Positions 1-13,343 of a DNA stretch of 64,000 bases are shown piece after piece; the stretch's first letter is position 1, and each line of letters opens with the position of its first letter. Location: positions 14,322,001 through 14,386,000 of the forward strand of contig OZ024759.1 of assembly GCA_964016885.1 (NCBI GenBank), written 5' to 3'. The notes beneath the pieces are model-generated. The model worked only from the letters and a program-made list of their open reading frames with translations, did no database searches and was not told the origin of the DNA. This DNA comes from Eledone cirrhosa (Eukaryota). The translations under genes and the position numbers were made by a program.

Positions 1-563
1 CCTGGTGTCGTATGAAGTTGCTCCCTATGTTGCATTTTATAATTTAAGTGATCTGTACGATATTTCGTCTCAGGGACAAAATTTTGTTTTTTAAATTACT
101 CATCCATGCTGGTTCAGGCTTTCTGTTTATATCTTGGTTGCGTGGCTTTAGTTGTTTATGATAGGATTGCAATGTGATAGCTGAAACATATAACAAAATA
201 TTAAGCAATTCATGTCGTTCCAACATCTTTGGATCGTGTGGCCTTCAGATAATTGTCAGCTATTTCGTTCACTGCTTCCAATTCCATTTTAGTGGGTTAT
301 TTACTGATTCTGGTGTTGTATGGTCTATTACTCACATTAAGGCTGTATATCTCTTGAAACATATCCTCCTATATCACTTGTAATGTGTCCACAAGTTTTT
401 GGCGTTCTGTTTGTACAGTAGAATTATGAATTTCAGCTACGTTGTTGGTGTGCTGTTTACTGCTAGATTCAGCTGACCATTCTCTCTGTCTGTCAATGGA
501 AGTGGAATGATTTTCTTTTTGCTGTTTGGAACCTAATTTTGATTCATAATTTTCAAGGTTCAT
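1..563 (-). mobile_element. Decayed N-terminal ORF of an R4/Dong-like non-LTR retrotransposon (runs off the window edge)
   Basis: Broken ORFs 369..563 and 44..226. The segment 'KPEPAWMSNLKNKILSLRRNIVQI' resembles the PxW..RL..KI..LR..I region upstream of RT in R4/Dong elements (recognised from memory, no search run). Confidence 0.45.
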
Positions 564-659
564 TTATTCTAAGCAGACAAATAATAATACATACGGGAAT
601 CGCAAACACAAGGTTCTAAAAACCTTCGCTAAGTACGAACCATTACCTCCCCACAGACA

Positions 660-1310
660 ACTGACGCTGCACACCAGGTCCGAACTCGGAAGAGCCCAAC
701 TCCTACTGCCATCGCCTCCATCTCTTTCGCCCTCACCATCTCTCTGTATTATGAGCAAATGAGCTCCCACGTGCTGGACGCCCCATGGTCTCGGCAGACA
801 GAATGGAGAAGGTGTTTCCCCGGAGGATGGTAAGGGAGAAGCGCTGGAAGAGCCATTCCATCTCGTGAGGCTCACACCTGCGGTTAGCCAGCTCAGCGCC
901 AATGGTGGTATGTAGGGAGGTAGCCCTAGTGCTCAGGACACCAGAAGTATCCACTGCTATGTGCACGACCGCAAACCTGTCGGAGAGCGACCGATACTTG
1001 GAGAGTTTGTCCTCCTCAGTCCGAAGTGCAGCAGAACATGGATTAGTCGCAGACTGCACCAGGTTGCGACTGGAGAAAGTGTCGCTGCAAGTGGTACCCC
1101 AGACGAAGGGTTTGCCACCGCGGAACGGGAAGATGGTCATACCATCTGGCCTTTTGCCGTCCCCTCGGTCAAGCCCCACCGGCTCGAGCTGGGAGGGGAA
1201 GCCTGCAGCATCCAAGCGATGCTTTATGACCTCGTTGAGGGCGGCATGGCGTGGAAGGCGGCCGGCACTGTAGCGACAGGAAAGCGGGTGGAGGCCGAAA
1301 GAGTCCACGG
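660..1310 (-). mobile_element. 3' fragment of a CRE-like (RLE-type) non-LTR retrotransposon: zinc knuckle plus restriction-like endonuclease
   Basis: ORF 733..1308 has 'HPLSC..GRLPRHAALNEVI', 'EPVGLDRGDGKRPDGMTIFPF..GKPFVW' and 'WLFQRFSLTILRGN', the typical RLE C-terminus. Related copies lie at 11755 and 17520. Confidence 0.85.
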
Positions 1311-1800
1311 TGGATCAAAATACACGATGATCTTTAAAAGTTTCGACAAAGTTTTGTTAGAATTAAATTTAAAGTTGTTCACAGCTTCGGTAATATTTCC
1401 TTTCAGCTAGTTTTTAATTCTACAACTATTTTAAACGTTCATATTTAGCGTTTTCTACTTTTTTTTGTGAATCGTTTTGTAACGTTACTTAGATTTTAAC
1501 ATACAACGCTCTATTTATATGTTAAAATCTATGTAACGTTTATATGTTAAAATCTATGTAATGTTCATATAAATAGATGTGTGGCAATATATTTACAGTT
1601 CAAACACTTATGTAGAAATATTGTATGTAATCTTACCGCAATATGTGGCTCAACCTTTCCAATATATGGTATGTTATCTTCGTATAAGTCGTAATTACAT
1701 GCGTCCAATCATCGGACTGACCTCAACGGTCGCCATTATGTATGTATGTATGTATGTATGTTTGTATGTATGTATGTATGCATGTATGTATGTATGTATG

Positions 1801-2315
1801 TTATGTCAGGTCGCTCTCGAGTGCTACTGGTAACATGTAACCCAGTACAAGCTGTCACATGGTCGGGTCAGCGGGGACTAAACCGGCAATCCCAACAAGC
1901 CTGCTTGGTGAGGAGGGTGATATTTGGACACCCTTCGGGATGAAATACAACACGCTGCGAAGGGTGGAGGAACTCAACAGAGTCAACGGCCATCCAAATA
2001 GTACTTTTTTTTTTACCTGGGAGTGAAAGACCCCAGTTGTTGATACAATACCTTTCTATGAGAGGGAAACTTTGAAAAAAAAAAACACCTGCGGCTTCGG
2101 AAGCTTCCGATGATGTTAACCAGTTCTCCTTTTCGGGTAGTGTTTTCGATGCTGAGAGAGTGGGATTGGTCGAGTGTGTAAGGCCTTTCCCCACTTAAAA
2201 TACCTTCAAAGCACAGGCATTGCTTGTTCAAGATCTGTTACAGGTTCGTGTGGCCGGCCGTAGCCTAAAAGTGCACCATTTTCTGTAATCTGACAAGCGA
2301 TTGCAATACTCTCAG
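1801..2315 (+). mobile_element. Non-coding interspersed repeat, probably an RTE-UTR-derived non-autonomous element
   Basis: 2114-2312 is near-identical to 49600-49795. It shares blocks (ctgggagtgaa.gacccc, gagagtggga, gcacaggcattgct) with 3966-4365 and 31150-31300. Confidence 0.6.
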
Positions 2316-3075
2316 GTAGAACCAGTTTAAAACTCGTTAGGCCATTACTCAACAGAGTACTCGATACTTTGGATAGTAGAGTATGGCTATATATAAAGAG
2401 TTGGGGCTCGACAGCCGAGCCCCCGCAGCCTCAACACGCACACACGCACTCACGCACACACGCACGCACACACACACGCACACGCACACACACGCATATC
2501 ATAGAAGCGTACATAAATTAATGTCGTTCGTGTACATCATAATAACGTCACGGTGTACATAGGCCATTTTAAACATTTAAGCACAGCTCATTACATAGTC
2601 AATTGATTTTGGTTATGTCAAATCGATTTCTAAATCTTTTTTCTTTTTCACAAAAGAAAATAACAAAAAAACAAAATTATTACAATTTATCTTTTAGTAA
2701 TAAAATATAACTAAACTGTTTTTTTTCTTTCTTCTCCCAACACATGGATTTTTGTGTAAATTAAGAAGATGGTTATACATCTCTATGTTATAACAATGTT
2801 TTCAATTGTTTAAGTTTACATTAGAGAGAGTTTCTTATGGATTTAACGCCAACTCTAGCTTATCTTGACAGTAACTGCTTAAAAAGTTTAGTATGATTTA
2901 TTACACCCTGTTACACGATATTTTATTGTTAACTTGTAGAGAAGAACCAGTTCCGTTATGTCCTGTCTATTGTGTGTGTATATCTATATATATCTATATA
3001 TGTAAGTATCTACCTCTCTGTTTGTCTGTCTGTCTCTGTCCCCTCCCCTCTCTTTCTCTTTCTCTCCCTCTCTCA

Positions 3076-3165
<90 letters not shown>

Positions 3166-3965
3166 CGAGAGCGAGTGAGAGAGACACCAGTGCAAATACA
3201 TGCACACTTATACAGAGACAGTCACGCGTCAACATAGACAAACATAGCATGCATGCATGTACATATTCGCTCGTTCAAACACACGCTGACACACACACAC
3301 CACACACACACTCACATATATATTATATGCTATGTCTCTTGTACATATGTGTGTAGAACAATGCAATAATCTCTCTTTTTCTCTCTCCTTGCCTCACGTT
3401 ATACCAGTTTGAACTATCAGTGGCAGTTCGTTATTTCAAAGAAAATGATAGGTAACATATTGATAAAGGCGAACGTCGTTCAGACGACAGGAACTTGGGC
3501 AGACCATCGAAGCAGATGATCAAAGCAGACGTTCTTGCTGTTTGTTTGGTGTTTGTTTTCTGAGGGCTGCATATATTGTCTCTCTTATATAACAAAGCTA
3601 AATACGTTGCTTGAGAACAGGGGAAAAAGCATGTGTGTATATATGTATATGTGTATATGTGTATATGTATGCATATGTGCATGTGTGTATATGTGTATAT
3701 GTATGCATATGTGCATGTGTGTATATGTGTGTATGTGTATATGTGCATATGTATGAATATGTGTATGCGTGTATGCGTGTATGTGTGTATGTGTGTGTGT
3801 GTGTGTATGTGCGTATATGAGTGTGTATGAATATATGTATGCATGTATGTATGTATATGTGTGTATGCATGTGTATGCATGTATATGCACGAATGTATGT
3901 GTATATAGGTATATGTTTGTATGTATATATATATATATATATCTCGATATATATATATATATATA

Positions 3966-4365
3966 TTAACCCCTTAGCCTTTGTCAAGGCAGAATTCTAG
4001 GAGAAGGAAAACTGATATAACACCTGCAACCCTGATGGTATCCAATGATGTTGACTTGTTCTTCTTTTTGGTAAATATCATCTTGGTTAAGAGAGTGGGA
4101 CTGGCTTTGTGCAGAGCCTTTGCTCACTATAAAAGCTTCACGGCACAGGCATTGCTTTATATCTGGAGATCTCTCTGCACTTGTCGTCACATGGTACCAT
4201 GGGCCCAGCACTATGTGTCAATAATTGTTACAAGTGTAGTGTTTGTACCAGAGTTTTCAAGTCGCTGGCTGGACTAAAAAGTCACACTCGTTCAGCGTAT
4301 CGGTAGGGGTTCTCCTACATGGATATAAAGTAGTGGCCGTACTCGAAAACGAGTTGGCAGCCACC
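3966..4365 (+). mobile_element. Short internally deleted RTE-derived element with a C2H2-finger remnant and target-site duplication
   Basis: 4229-4306 encodes YKCSVCTRVFKSLAGLKSHTRS. The element is flanked by the direct repeat atatctcgatatatata (~3939-3955 and ~4366-4382). Its 3' end gcagccaccat is shared with 49808-49818. Confidence 0.65.
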
Positions 4366-4619
4366 ATATCTCGATATATATAATGAAAAAAAAAAACAAT
4401 GTCAACTCTGATTGACATGAAGCGAGATTGTATTTGAATACTCCTTTACTCTTTTACCTGTTCCAGCCATCCGGCTGAAACTCATCGTTCGACCAGCCGT
4501 TAAAACAGCTAAATGCTGCTGATGATTTGGATGAGCAAAAATGCTTCAGAGGACAGAAACCAGCGGCCAATGGTCAATAGAGAGACATCCACCACACCAT
4601 CCTCTGTATTGTCAGCAAT

Positions 4620-5670
4620 AACAACAACGCAACCACCACCATCACCACCATTACCATCAAAACCATCACCAACACCATCACCAACACCACCACTACTACC
4701 ACGACCACTACCATTAAAACCATCACCATCACCATCACCATCACCAACACCACCACTACTACCACGACCACTACCATTAAAACCATCACCATCACCATCA
4801 CCATCACCAACACCACCACTACTACCACGACCACTACCATTAAAACCATCACCATCACCATCACCATCACCAACACCACCACTACTACCACGACCACTAC
4901 CATTAAAACCATCATCATCACCACCACCAACACCATCACTACCACTACTACCACCGCCACTACCATCAAAACCACCACCAACACCATCACCAACACCACC
5001 ACTACTACCACGACCACTACCATTAAAACCATCATCATCACCACCACCAACACCATCACTACCACTACTACCACCGCCACTACCATCAAAACCACCACCA
5101 ACACCATCACCACCACTACTACCACCGCCACTACTATCAAAACCATCACCAACAACATCACCATAACCACCGCCCCACCTACCTCCACCCTCGTTCCTCA
5201 TCCTAACCCTAACCCTAACCCAACTCCACACCATCACCAACACCATCACCATCACCACCACTACTACCACCGCCACTACCATCAAAACCACCACCAACAC
5301 CATCACCATCACCACCACTACTACCGCCACCACTACCATCAAAACCATCACCAACAACATCACCATCACCTCCCCCCCCCTCGCTCCTCACCCTAACCCA
5401 ACACCACACCACACCATCACCAACACCACCACTACTACCACGACCACTACCATTAAAACCATCACCATCACCACCACCAACACCATCACTACCACTACTA
5501 CGACAGCCACTACCATCAAAACCACCACCAACACCATCACCATCACCACCATTACTACCACCACCACTACCATCAAAACCATCACCAACAACATCACTAT
5601 CACCACCGCACCCCCCACCCCCACCCCTCGCTCCTCACCCTAACCCAACACCACACCACCACCACCACCA
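4620..5670. repeat. (ACC)-derived compound minisatellite
   Basis: Units of ~63-120 bp repeat the block accaccactactaccacgaccactaccattaaaaccatc. Confidence 0.9.
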
Positions 5671-5846
5671 CACTATAATCCTTCACAATCTCTGAGTCAC
5701 ATCTGTTAGTCACCTTTACGTCAATTTCTGCAATACATTCTTCTAAATACTTTAGGATTATCTTTCTTCCTTTTGTCACCTTTCCACCTTTTTTCTCTTC
5801 ACATTACTTTGTACACCTATCATCAAGTTATCTCTCTCTCCCTCCT

Positions 5847-5880
<34 letters not shown>

Positions 5881-5909
5881 ACTCCCCCTCTCTATCTATC
5901 TATCAACTC

Positions 5910-5947
<38 letters not shown>

Positions 5948-5949
5948 AA

Positions 5950-6152
5950 GCTCTTCGTACTCCTGGAGATGAGGGTTGCACATTTTTTTCGGGGGTCTGT
6001 GTTACCCATATAAACTGTCTCCCTCTATTGGGGAAAATCGACTAACTTTTAAATTCCATCTGTGATAACATTTTACACGTTTTTATTGTATGTAAACTTC
6101 CCCCTTTGTATTTGTCCCCTTCTTTTGTGCCCCTGTGGCTAATAAAGAAATA

Positions 6153-6198
<46 letters not shown>

Positions 6199-6246
6199 AC
6201 TAACTCTCTGTCTATTTGTCTGTCTGTCTGTCTATTTATCTATCTA

Positions 6247-6303
<57 letters not shown>

Positions 6304-6351
6304 ACTAACTCTCTGTCTATTTGTCTGTCTGTCTGTCTATTTATCTATCTA

Positions 6352-6386
<35 letters not shown>

Positions 6387-6517
6387 CCTCTATTGGGGAA
6401 AATCGACTAACTTTTAAATTCCATCTGTGATAACATTTTACACGTTTTTATTGTATGTAAACTTCCCCCTTTGTATTTGTCCCCTTCTTTTGTGCCCCTG
6501 TGGCTAATAAAGAAATA

Positions 6518-6566
<49 letters not shown>

Positions 6567-6838
6567 GAATGGGCCTTCTCTCTATATCAGCCTGTAGGTT
6601 GAGGAAAAGGAGGAGGAGAGGAAAGGAGTACAAACTCTTCGTACTCCTGGTGATGAGGGTTGCACATTTTTTTTCGGGGGTATGTGTTACCCATATAAAC
6701 TGTCTCCCTCTATTGGGGAAAATCGACTAACTTTTTAAATTCCATTTGTGATAACATTTTACACGTTTTTATTGTATGTAAACTTCCCCCTTTGTATTTG
6801 TCCCCTTCTTTTGTGCCCCTGTGGCTAATAAAGAAATA

Positions 6839-6881
<43 letters not shown>

Positions 6882-7092
6882 GTAAACTTCCCCCTTTGTA
6901 TTTGTCCCCTTCTTTTGTGCCCCTGTGGCTAATAAAGAAACATATCTATCTATAAATGTCTCCCCCTACTGGGGAAAATCGATTAACTTTTAAATTGCAT
7001 TTGTGATAATATTTTACACGTTTTTATTGTATGTAAACTTTCCCCTTTGTAGTTGTCCCCTTCTTGTGTGCCCCTGTGGCTAATAAAGAAAT
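5950..7092 (+). mobile_element. Cluster of five 5'-truncated copies of one retroelement 3' end within (TATC)n
   Basis: Copies end in tgcccctgtggctaataaagaaa at ~6150, 6515, 6836, 6940 and 7090, followed by (tatc)n or (ta)n. The 5' starts vary. Confidence 0.75.
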
Positions 7093-7149
7093 ATATATAT
7101 ATATATATTTGTCTCTCTGTCTGTCGATCTCTCTCTCTCTCTCTCTCTC

Positions 7150-7209
<60 letters not shown>

Positions 7210-8012
7210 TGTTTATCTATCCTTCTATGCCTCTCTTTATCTCCCCCCCCCTCTCTCTCTCTCTCGTGGATATATTTATTAATTTCCATTTAAACCCACT
7301 ATTGTTCATCAGTCGTTTCTTACACTTTCAACTTAATTGTTGATTCAATACTTGTCTCCTCCTCCCTCCTCTCACCACCTTCAACTCTCCAGCCAGCCCC
7401 ATCTCAAACACCCAACTTTAATCTCTATAACCTTTAAAACCTTTCTTTTCTTATTCTTTAATATTTAATTATTTAATTATTTATTTATCTATCAACCAAG
7501 CTTCTTTAAAACATGCTCCTCTTCCACCATTACACTACGAAATATATGATTTAATGATAAAACAAATTATAAGGAATGCCTCTAATAAAATAGCATAACT
7601 GGAAAGTGATTCAATCCGCCATATAACCTGACTCTCTTTACCTCTTAAACCGTAGTCCGGCAGCCATCTTTTAATCGCAGATCTTATCTTCTAAAGGGGG
7701 TGATATATAGAGCCATTATAACACCAGATGAGGGTATCCGGAGAAAATATACTAGACTGTACATTAAAAAGCAGGTTCAACTCACAAACACTCTTTGAAA
7801 TTCAGAGTTAGAATAGACAACACCTCTCTATCACAGAAGGTTTGGAAATGGAAGGACAATGGACATAAAGGTATTCATTTTCCATGGATGATACTTGTTT
7901 CAACACCTATATATATAAAATTTAATACGTGGTACAGATGGAAAGCACAGAAAGCTCAGTAAAGACAGACACATCGTAGTTTCAGATACTTTATATAAAT
8001 ATACACATTATA

Positions 8013-8416
8013 TCAGAACCCGTACAGCAGTACAGACTCCACTACAGCAACGAAGAGACGGATCTTCGGGTCTTTACGATGGTCCGACTTCCACACCGAT
8101 CTCAAGCTGTGGCACGCCGCCCAGGCTTTGCTCTTCCTCTCGACCACATCATCTTCCGTATTCCCAAGCTTTACTCCCAAATACAAGAAGTCCTCAACTA
8201 ATTCTAGCGGCTTCCCGCCTACATTAGAAATCTTTTCTGGCTTCTTAATATCCTCTACCAGATACTTCGTCTTAATCTCATTTTCATTCTCAGCCCCACA
8301 CTCATCGACAGTCTCCACCTCCTGCATCAAATCCTCTGACTCCTTCACTGTGTTTGTCAACAGAACTATGTCGTCGGCAAATTCAGCATCTGATATCTTT
8401 TTCGCCTTAACTCTCC
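8013..8416 (-). mobile_element. RTE-clade LINE reverse-transcriptase fragment (inverted 5' segment)
   Basis: 'AEFADDIVLL' (RT catalytic motif), 'VEDFLYLG' and 'KIRLFVAVVESVLLYG'. Confidence 0.9.
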
Positions 8417-8815
8417 TTGTCTGAGACTTGGACACTGACCAAGAAACTCACTCAGATGGTGGATGAGTGCTACACGAGAATGTTTAGCATGGCTCTAAAC
8501 ATTAATCAGTATACACTGAGGATGAAGAGCTCAGAGCTGTACGGGAGCCTCCCAAAAGTCATCTCGAAAGTGACACAGAGGAGACTGAGGTTAGCTGGAC
8601 ATGCTCACCGACATCCAGAGTTGACACTGCACTCAGTGCTCCTGTGGGAGCCCCTGCATGGACACACTGGAAGAGGAAGACCGAGGTTAACATATGTTGA
8701 TGCCCTAAGGACAGACACTGGTCTCTTGGAGACGCAAGACATGGCAGCGATAATGAGGGACAGAGACCGCTGGAGAGAACTCGCCCATGGATCTCGGGAA
8801 TTTTACCTGCCCTAG
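8417..8815 (+). mobile_element. RTE-clade LINE 3' end
   Basis: 'SETWTLTKK', 'RRLRLAGHAHRHPE', 'GRGRPRLTYVD' and 'MRDRDRWR'. A second copy lies at 45290-45598. Confidence 0.9.
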
Positions 8816-8834
8816 ACACAATATATAAACACAT

Positions 8835-8985
8835 TGTTTCTGATGAAAACTGTAAGATGGATTTGTTTGCTCAAGGTTAATGATATGGAGTTACATAACT
8901 ACTATCGATTAGTCAATTTATCAATATCATCAATATTATCAATATTATCATAGTTCATACCACCTTTTGAAACGATCTTAAAACA
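8835..8985 (+). ncRNA. Hammerhead-like motif with a very long (~120 nt) stem II domain
   Basis: tgttt-CTGATGA-(~120 nt)-GAA-acgatctt-a-aaaca. Related GAAACGATCG motifs occur at 45848 (+) and 47470-47604 (-). Confidence 0.45.
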
Positions 8986-9599
8986 CGAATTAATTAAGCA
9001 CTAAACCTATTACCATAGGTCATAAGTGGATGGTGGCTAGGCATTCCACAGACACATGTACCCTTAACATTTTTCTGAGCGATATTCGCCGAGACATAGT
9101 GCGTGCCCTGACTGGCCGTTTGAATTACAGAGACAACTCATAAAGCAGCGCAAAACAAAGTGCCTTGTTCCAGGACACATCGCACCACCGGGCCGCATTC
9201 AGCCCTTTACAAGCACACCTGAAGCCCGTACAAAGGTCTTTACAGCGTGAGCATGTTTTATCTTCGTAATATGAAAAAAAACAAAAAATGTGTTTTAATG
9301 TGTGCAATTAGTTGTCATGTGTGGCCCTCAGACAATACATATGTCACCCATGTGCCCACCCCCCGGGGGACACTCAGTTTGACATGCCTGCTTTACGGTG
9401 TTTGTCCCACTTCGTTGTGTGCTCTGAGTTCAAATCCCGCCGGGGTCCACTTTGCCTTTCATCCTTTCCAGGTCGATACACAAAGTACCAGTCCAGTACC
9501 AGTACCAATAATAACTTTAACAACAGTCAAAACAACAACGACTACTATACTACTGCTGCTGCTGCTGCTTCTGCTGTTGCTGCTACTGCTACTACTAAA

Positions 9600-9649
<50 letters not shown>

Positions 9650-10370
9650 GAGTGCAACAATGCATCAGTAAAAACAACAACGCCACCGCCGCCACCATCA
9701 CCACCACCACCACCAACAACAACAACAGCCACAACAATAGAAACAACAAAATGCCCATAGCCACAACAGTAAAACACCACCACCACCACCACCACCACCA
9801 TCACTACCGCCACTACCACCAGTACTATCACTACCACCACCACTACCACCACTACTACCATCACCACCACCACCACTACCACCACCACCAACACTACCAC
9901 CACCACCATCACCACCACCAACACCACCAACACCAACACCACCACCAACACCACCAACACCAACACCACCACCATACCCACCACCATAGCCACATCAACA
10001 ACACCACCACCACCAACCACTACCACCACCACTACCACCACTACCACCACTACCAGCCACCACTACGATCACTACCACCACCACCACCATCACCACCACT
10101 AGGATCACTACCACCAACACCACCACCACTATAACCACAGCAACAACCTCAGCAAGGCACCAGCACCACTACCACCTCTACCATCACCAACAAGACACCA
10201 CCACTAGGAACAGTGGAGCGGTGCTGTGCGGCTTATCCTTCGTAGGTGACATTTTGTAATAATTTTCTGGTGAATGGTTTTACCATTGACTTGTTGAGCT
10301 GTCAATTGGCTGTGACGGACACCCTCCACTGCACCTGACCAACACCGAACGAATTAAAACCTTTCTTTCT

Positions 10371-11184
10371 TTACTAAAATAATTGTTTCTACTTTTTGGC
10401 ACAAGGCCAGCAATTATCTCAGTGCATTACTGATACTTTATTTTATCGACCCCATAAGAATGAAATACAAAGTTAACGTCGGCGGGATTTGAACTCAGAA
10501 TGGCAAGGGCCGTAACTCTATGCATCAAAGCATGGCGTCCGACCCTCTACCGATACTGCCAATCCACCGCCTTACTAAAATAATTGTTTTTACTTTTGGC
10601 ACAAGGCCAGCAATTATCTCAGTGCATTACTGGTACTTTATTTTATCGACCCCATAAGGATGAAATGCAAAGTTAACCTCGGCGGGATTTGAACTCAGAA
10701 TGGCAAGGGCCGTAACTCTATGCATCAAAGCATGGCGTCCGACCCTCTACCGATACTGCCAATCCACCGCCTTACTAAAATAATTGTTTTTACTTTTGGC
10801 ACAAGGCCAGCAATTATCTCAGTGCATTACTGGTACTTTATTTTATCGACCCCATAAGGATGAAATGCAAAGTTAACCTCGGCGGGATTTGAACTCAGAA
10901 TGGCAAGGGCCGTAACTCTATGCATCAAAGCATGGCGTCCGACCCTCTACCGATACTGCCAATCCACCGCCTTACTAAAATAATTGTTTTTACTTTTGGC
11001 ACAAGGCCAGCAATTATCTCAGTGCATTACTGGTACTTTATTTTATCGACCCCATAAGGATGAAATGCAAAGTTAACCTCGGCGGGATTTGAACTCAGAA
11101 TGGCAAGGGCCGTAACTCTATGCATCAAAGCATGGCGTCCGACCCTCTGCCGATACTGCCAATCCACCGCCTTACTAAAATAAT
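10371..11184 (-). mobile_element. Tandem array of four near-identical tRNA-derived SINEs, 200-bp period
   Basis: The unit carries the B-box gagttcaaatcccgcc (reverse strand) and the central domain ttcatccttatggggtcgataaaataaagtaccag. Units are separated and flanked by ttactaaaataat. Confidence 0.9.
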
Positions 11185-11279
11185 GAAACCTTTGGCATTT
11201 TCAGGTTTTTCATATCTATCTTCCCTCACTCTCTTTCTTAAAACCTCCCTACGTAAAATGTGTTAGTATGTACGTGTAT

Positions 11280-11392
11280 ACGTGACCTAGTGGCTATTAT
11301 GCCTGATTCACGGCCACAATTTGTGGGTCCGATTTCTGGACTAGGAGGCGCGTTGTATCCTTGAGCAAAATACTTTATTTCACGTCGCTCCT
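11280..11392 (+). mobile_element. Diverged tRNA-derived SINE head (second family)
   Basis: A-box-like cgtgacctagtgg and the block ccttgagcaaaatactttatttcacgt are shared with 58764-58965. Confidence 0.6.
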
Positions 11393-11534
11393 ATATTGTT
11401 GTCTGTGTGTGTATGTGTGTGAGTGTATGTGTATGTGTGTCAGTGTATGTGTGTGTGTGTGTGTGTGAGTGTGTGTAAGTGTGTGTGTGTGTGTATGTAT
11501 GTGTAAATGTGTGTGTGTGTGTGTGTGTGGTTGA

Positions 11535-11688
11535 TTGACAGTATCGACAGAGCGTCAGACACCATGCTTTGCAGCATAGAGTTATGGCACTTTTCGTTCT
11601 GAGTTCAAATTACGGGGTCGATAAAATAAAGTACCAGTAATGCACTGGGGCAATTGCTGGTCTTGTGCCAAAATTAGAAACAATTATT
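11535..11688 (+). mobile_element. tRNA-derived SINE (family 1, internally deleted)
   Basis: Matches the 29481 copy: ctgagttcaaat...ggggtcgataaaataaagtaccag. Confidence 0.8.
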
Positions 11689-11734
11689 AACCCTTTCGTC
11701 TGGAAACGGCTACCCTACTCCTACCCTAATATGA

Positions 11735-11965
11735 CGTCCACCTCGTGGTCCAGGCCGACAGAATGGAGAAGACATTGCCCTTATCACGGAGGACGGTGAG
11801 AAGAGCGCGCTGAGACAGCCACACCACCTCGTGGGGCTCACACTTGCGCGCAACCAACTCCGCTCCTGTAGCAGTGAGCGGGGATGTGGTCCGGAACCCA
11901 AGAACGCCGGAAATCTCCTCTACTACAAGCTCAACCACGCTTCTTCTGACAGAAGTTGCGACCGG
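11735..11965 (-). mobile_element. Decayed CRE-like RLE 3' fragment
   Basis: 'GAELVARKCEPHEVVWLSQRALLTVL' is homologous to the 733..1308 ORF. Confidence 0.75.
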
Positions 11966-12314
11966 TAAATAGTATTAAACGACACTTTGTTGTTAAACAA
12001 ATCGTGTGTTGAAACAGATATGGTTTAACTCATGATCTTAAGGTCGTGTGTTAGATTTCTGTACCAGGGAGTATATTAGATCTTTATATGCTGTCAATAA
12101 AAACACACACCCCAGTTGAGTTTCACTTTGATTGTATTGTTAGTTATGTAGCTAATTCATTACTTGAATAGTTTAGTATCCTGATTGTTATTTAATTGTT
12201 ATATATAATTGCCAAAGTTCTTTCGTCACACATTCTGTGCCCTTCTCAATGATTATTCTTGCTCTTCCTTATTTCCTCATTGTTTTCATTTTATTTACCC
12301 TATTTGTCTTTCTG

Positions 12315-12348
<34 letters not shown>

Positions 12349-12355
12349 GTATGTA

Positions 12356-12458
<103 letters not shown>

Positions 12459-12460
12459 AT

Positions 12461-12493
<33 letters not shown>

Positions 12494-13293
12494 CAAACAC
12501 ATGTATGTGAGTATGTATATTTTTCTCTCTATGTATGTATATATCGGATTATCAGATCCAGGAGAGTGTGCTGTACTCAATGCCCTGTCCACCCCTTAAA
12601 TGCCCCTCCCCCAACAGTAGCTAAGCCCCCTAACAGTTGTTTAGTGAAGTTCGTCCCCTTTACTTTCCAAGTTCAAATCACTTCCCTGATAACTCTTCCC
12701 TTTAGTCCCTACACAGATAACCAAATAAGTATCAATCAGTAAACGTACTGGGAGTCAATTCAATGGACCCTAATCCTCCCTTACAAATCTTTGGCCCTTT
12801 CTACTTAAGTCAGAAATTTTTTATATTTTGTTTATTCTTTTTTATTCTTTTACTCGTTTCACACATTAGACTGCGGCCATGGTGGAGCAATCCAGTGCCT
12901 GAAATCCTTGGCGATGAACGCGTCCTAGTTCTCAGTCTCATTACAGCAAAGGGCTTCGTGGGGTTTTTATTATAATATGTGGCTTCCGTTAAGATAAATT
13001 GTTAGAGTAGTTAGTGGAAGATAGGAGGTTCGATTCATTAAAGAGACATCTGGCCCCATTTTTTTCCTGTCTATAGAGAGTCTTTACCTAATTTTCTTAG
13101 CTATTTACAGCAACCAACTGTATTTACAGTTATTTTCAGTGTCTGAGTTTCCTACATTTTCTATAAATAAATAAGACGTTTGTGGAAGATGTATTTTTTC
13201 TTTTTGAATGTGGCGTACAGCAAAAAAATCTATATTTTTTTACTCGTGAGATAATTGGTATAAAATTCTTTTAATATATCAAAGTTATCAAAG

Positions 13294-13336
<43 letters not shown>

Positions 13337-13343
<7 letters not shown>

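Noticed and set aside
1801-1960. Possible HDV-like ribozyme at an RTE-like 5' end
   Set aside because: I could not build the P1/P2/P3 pseudoknot by eye.
5200-5225. (CCCTAA)3 telomere-like repeat
   Set aside because: Too short and embedded in a C/A-rich minisatellite.
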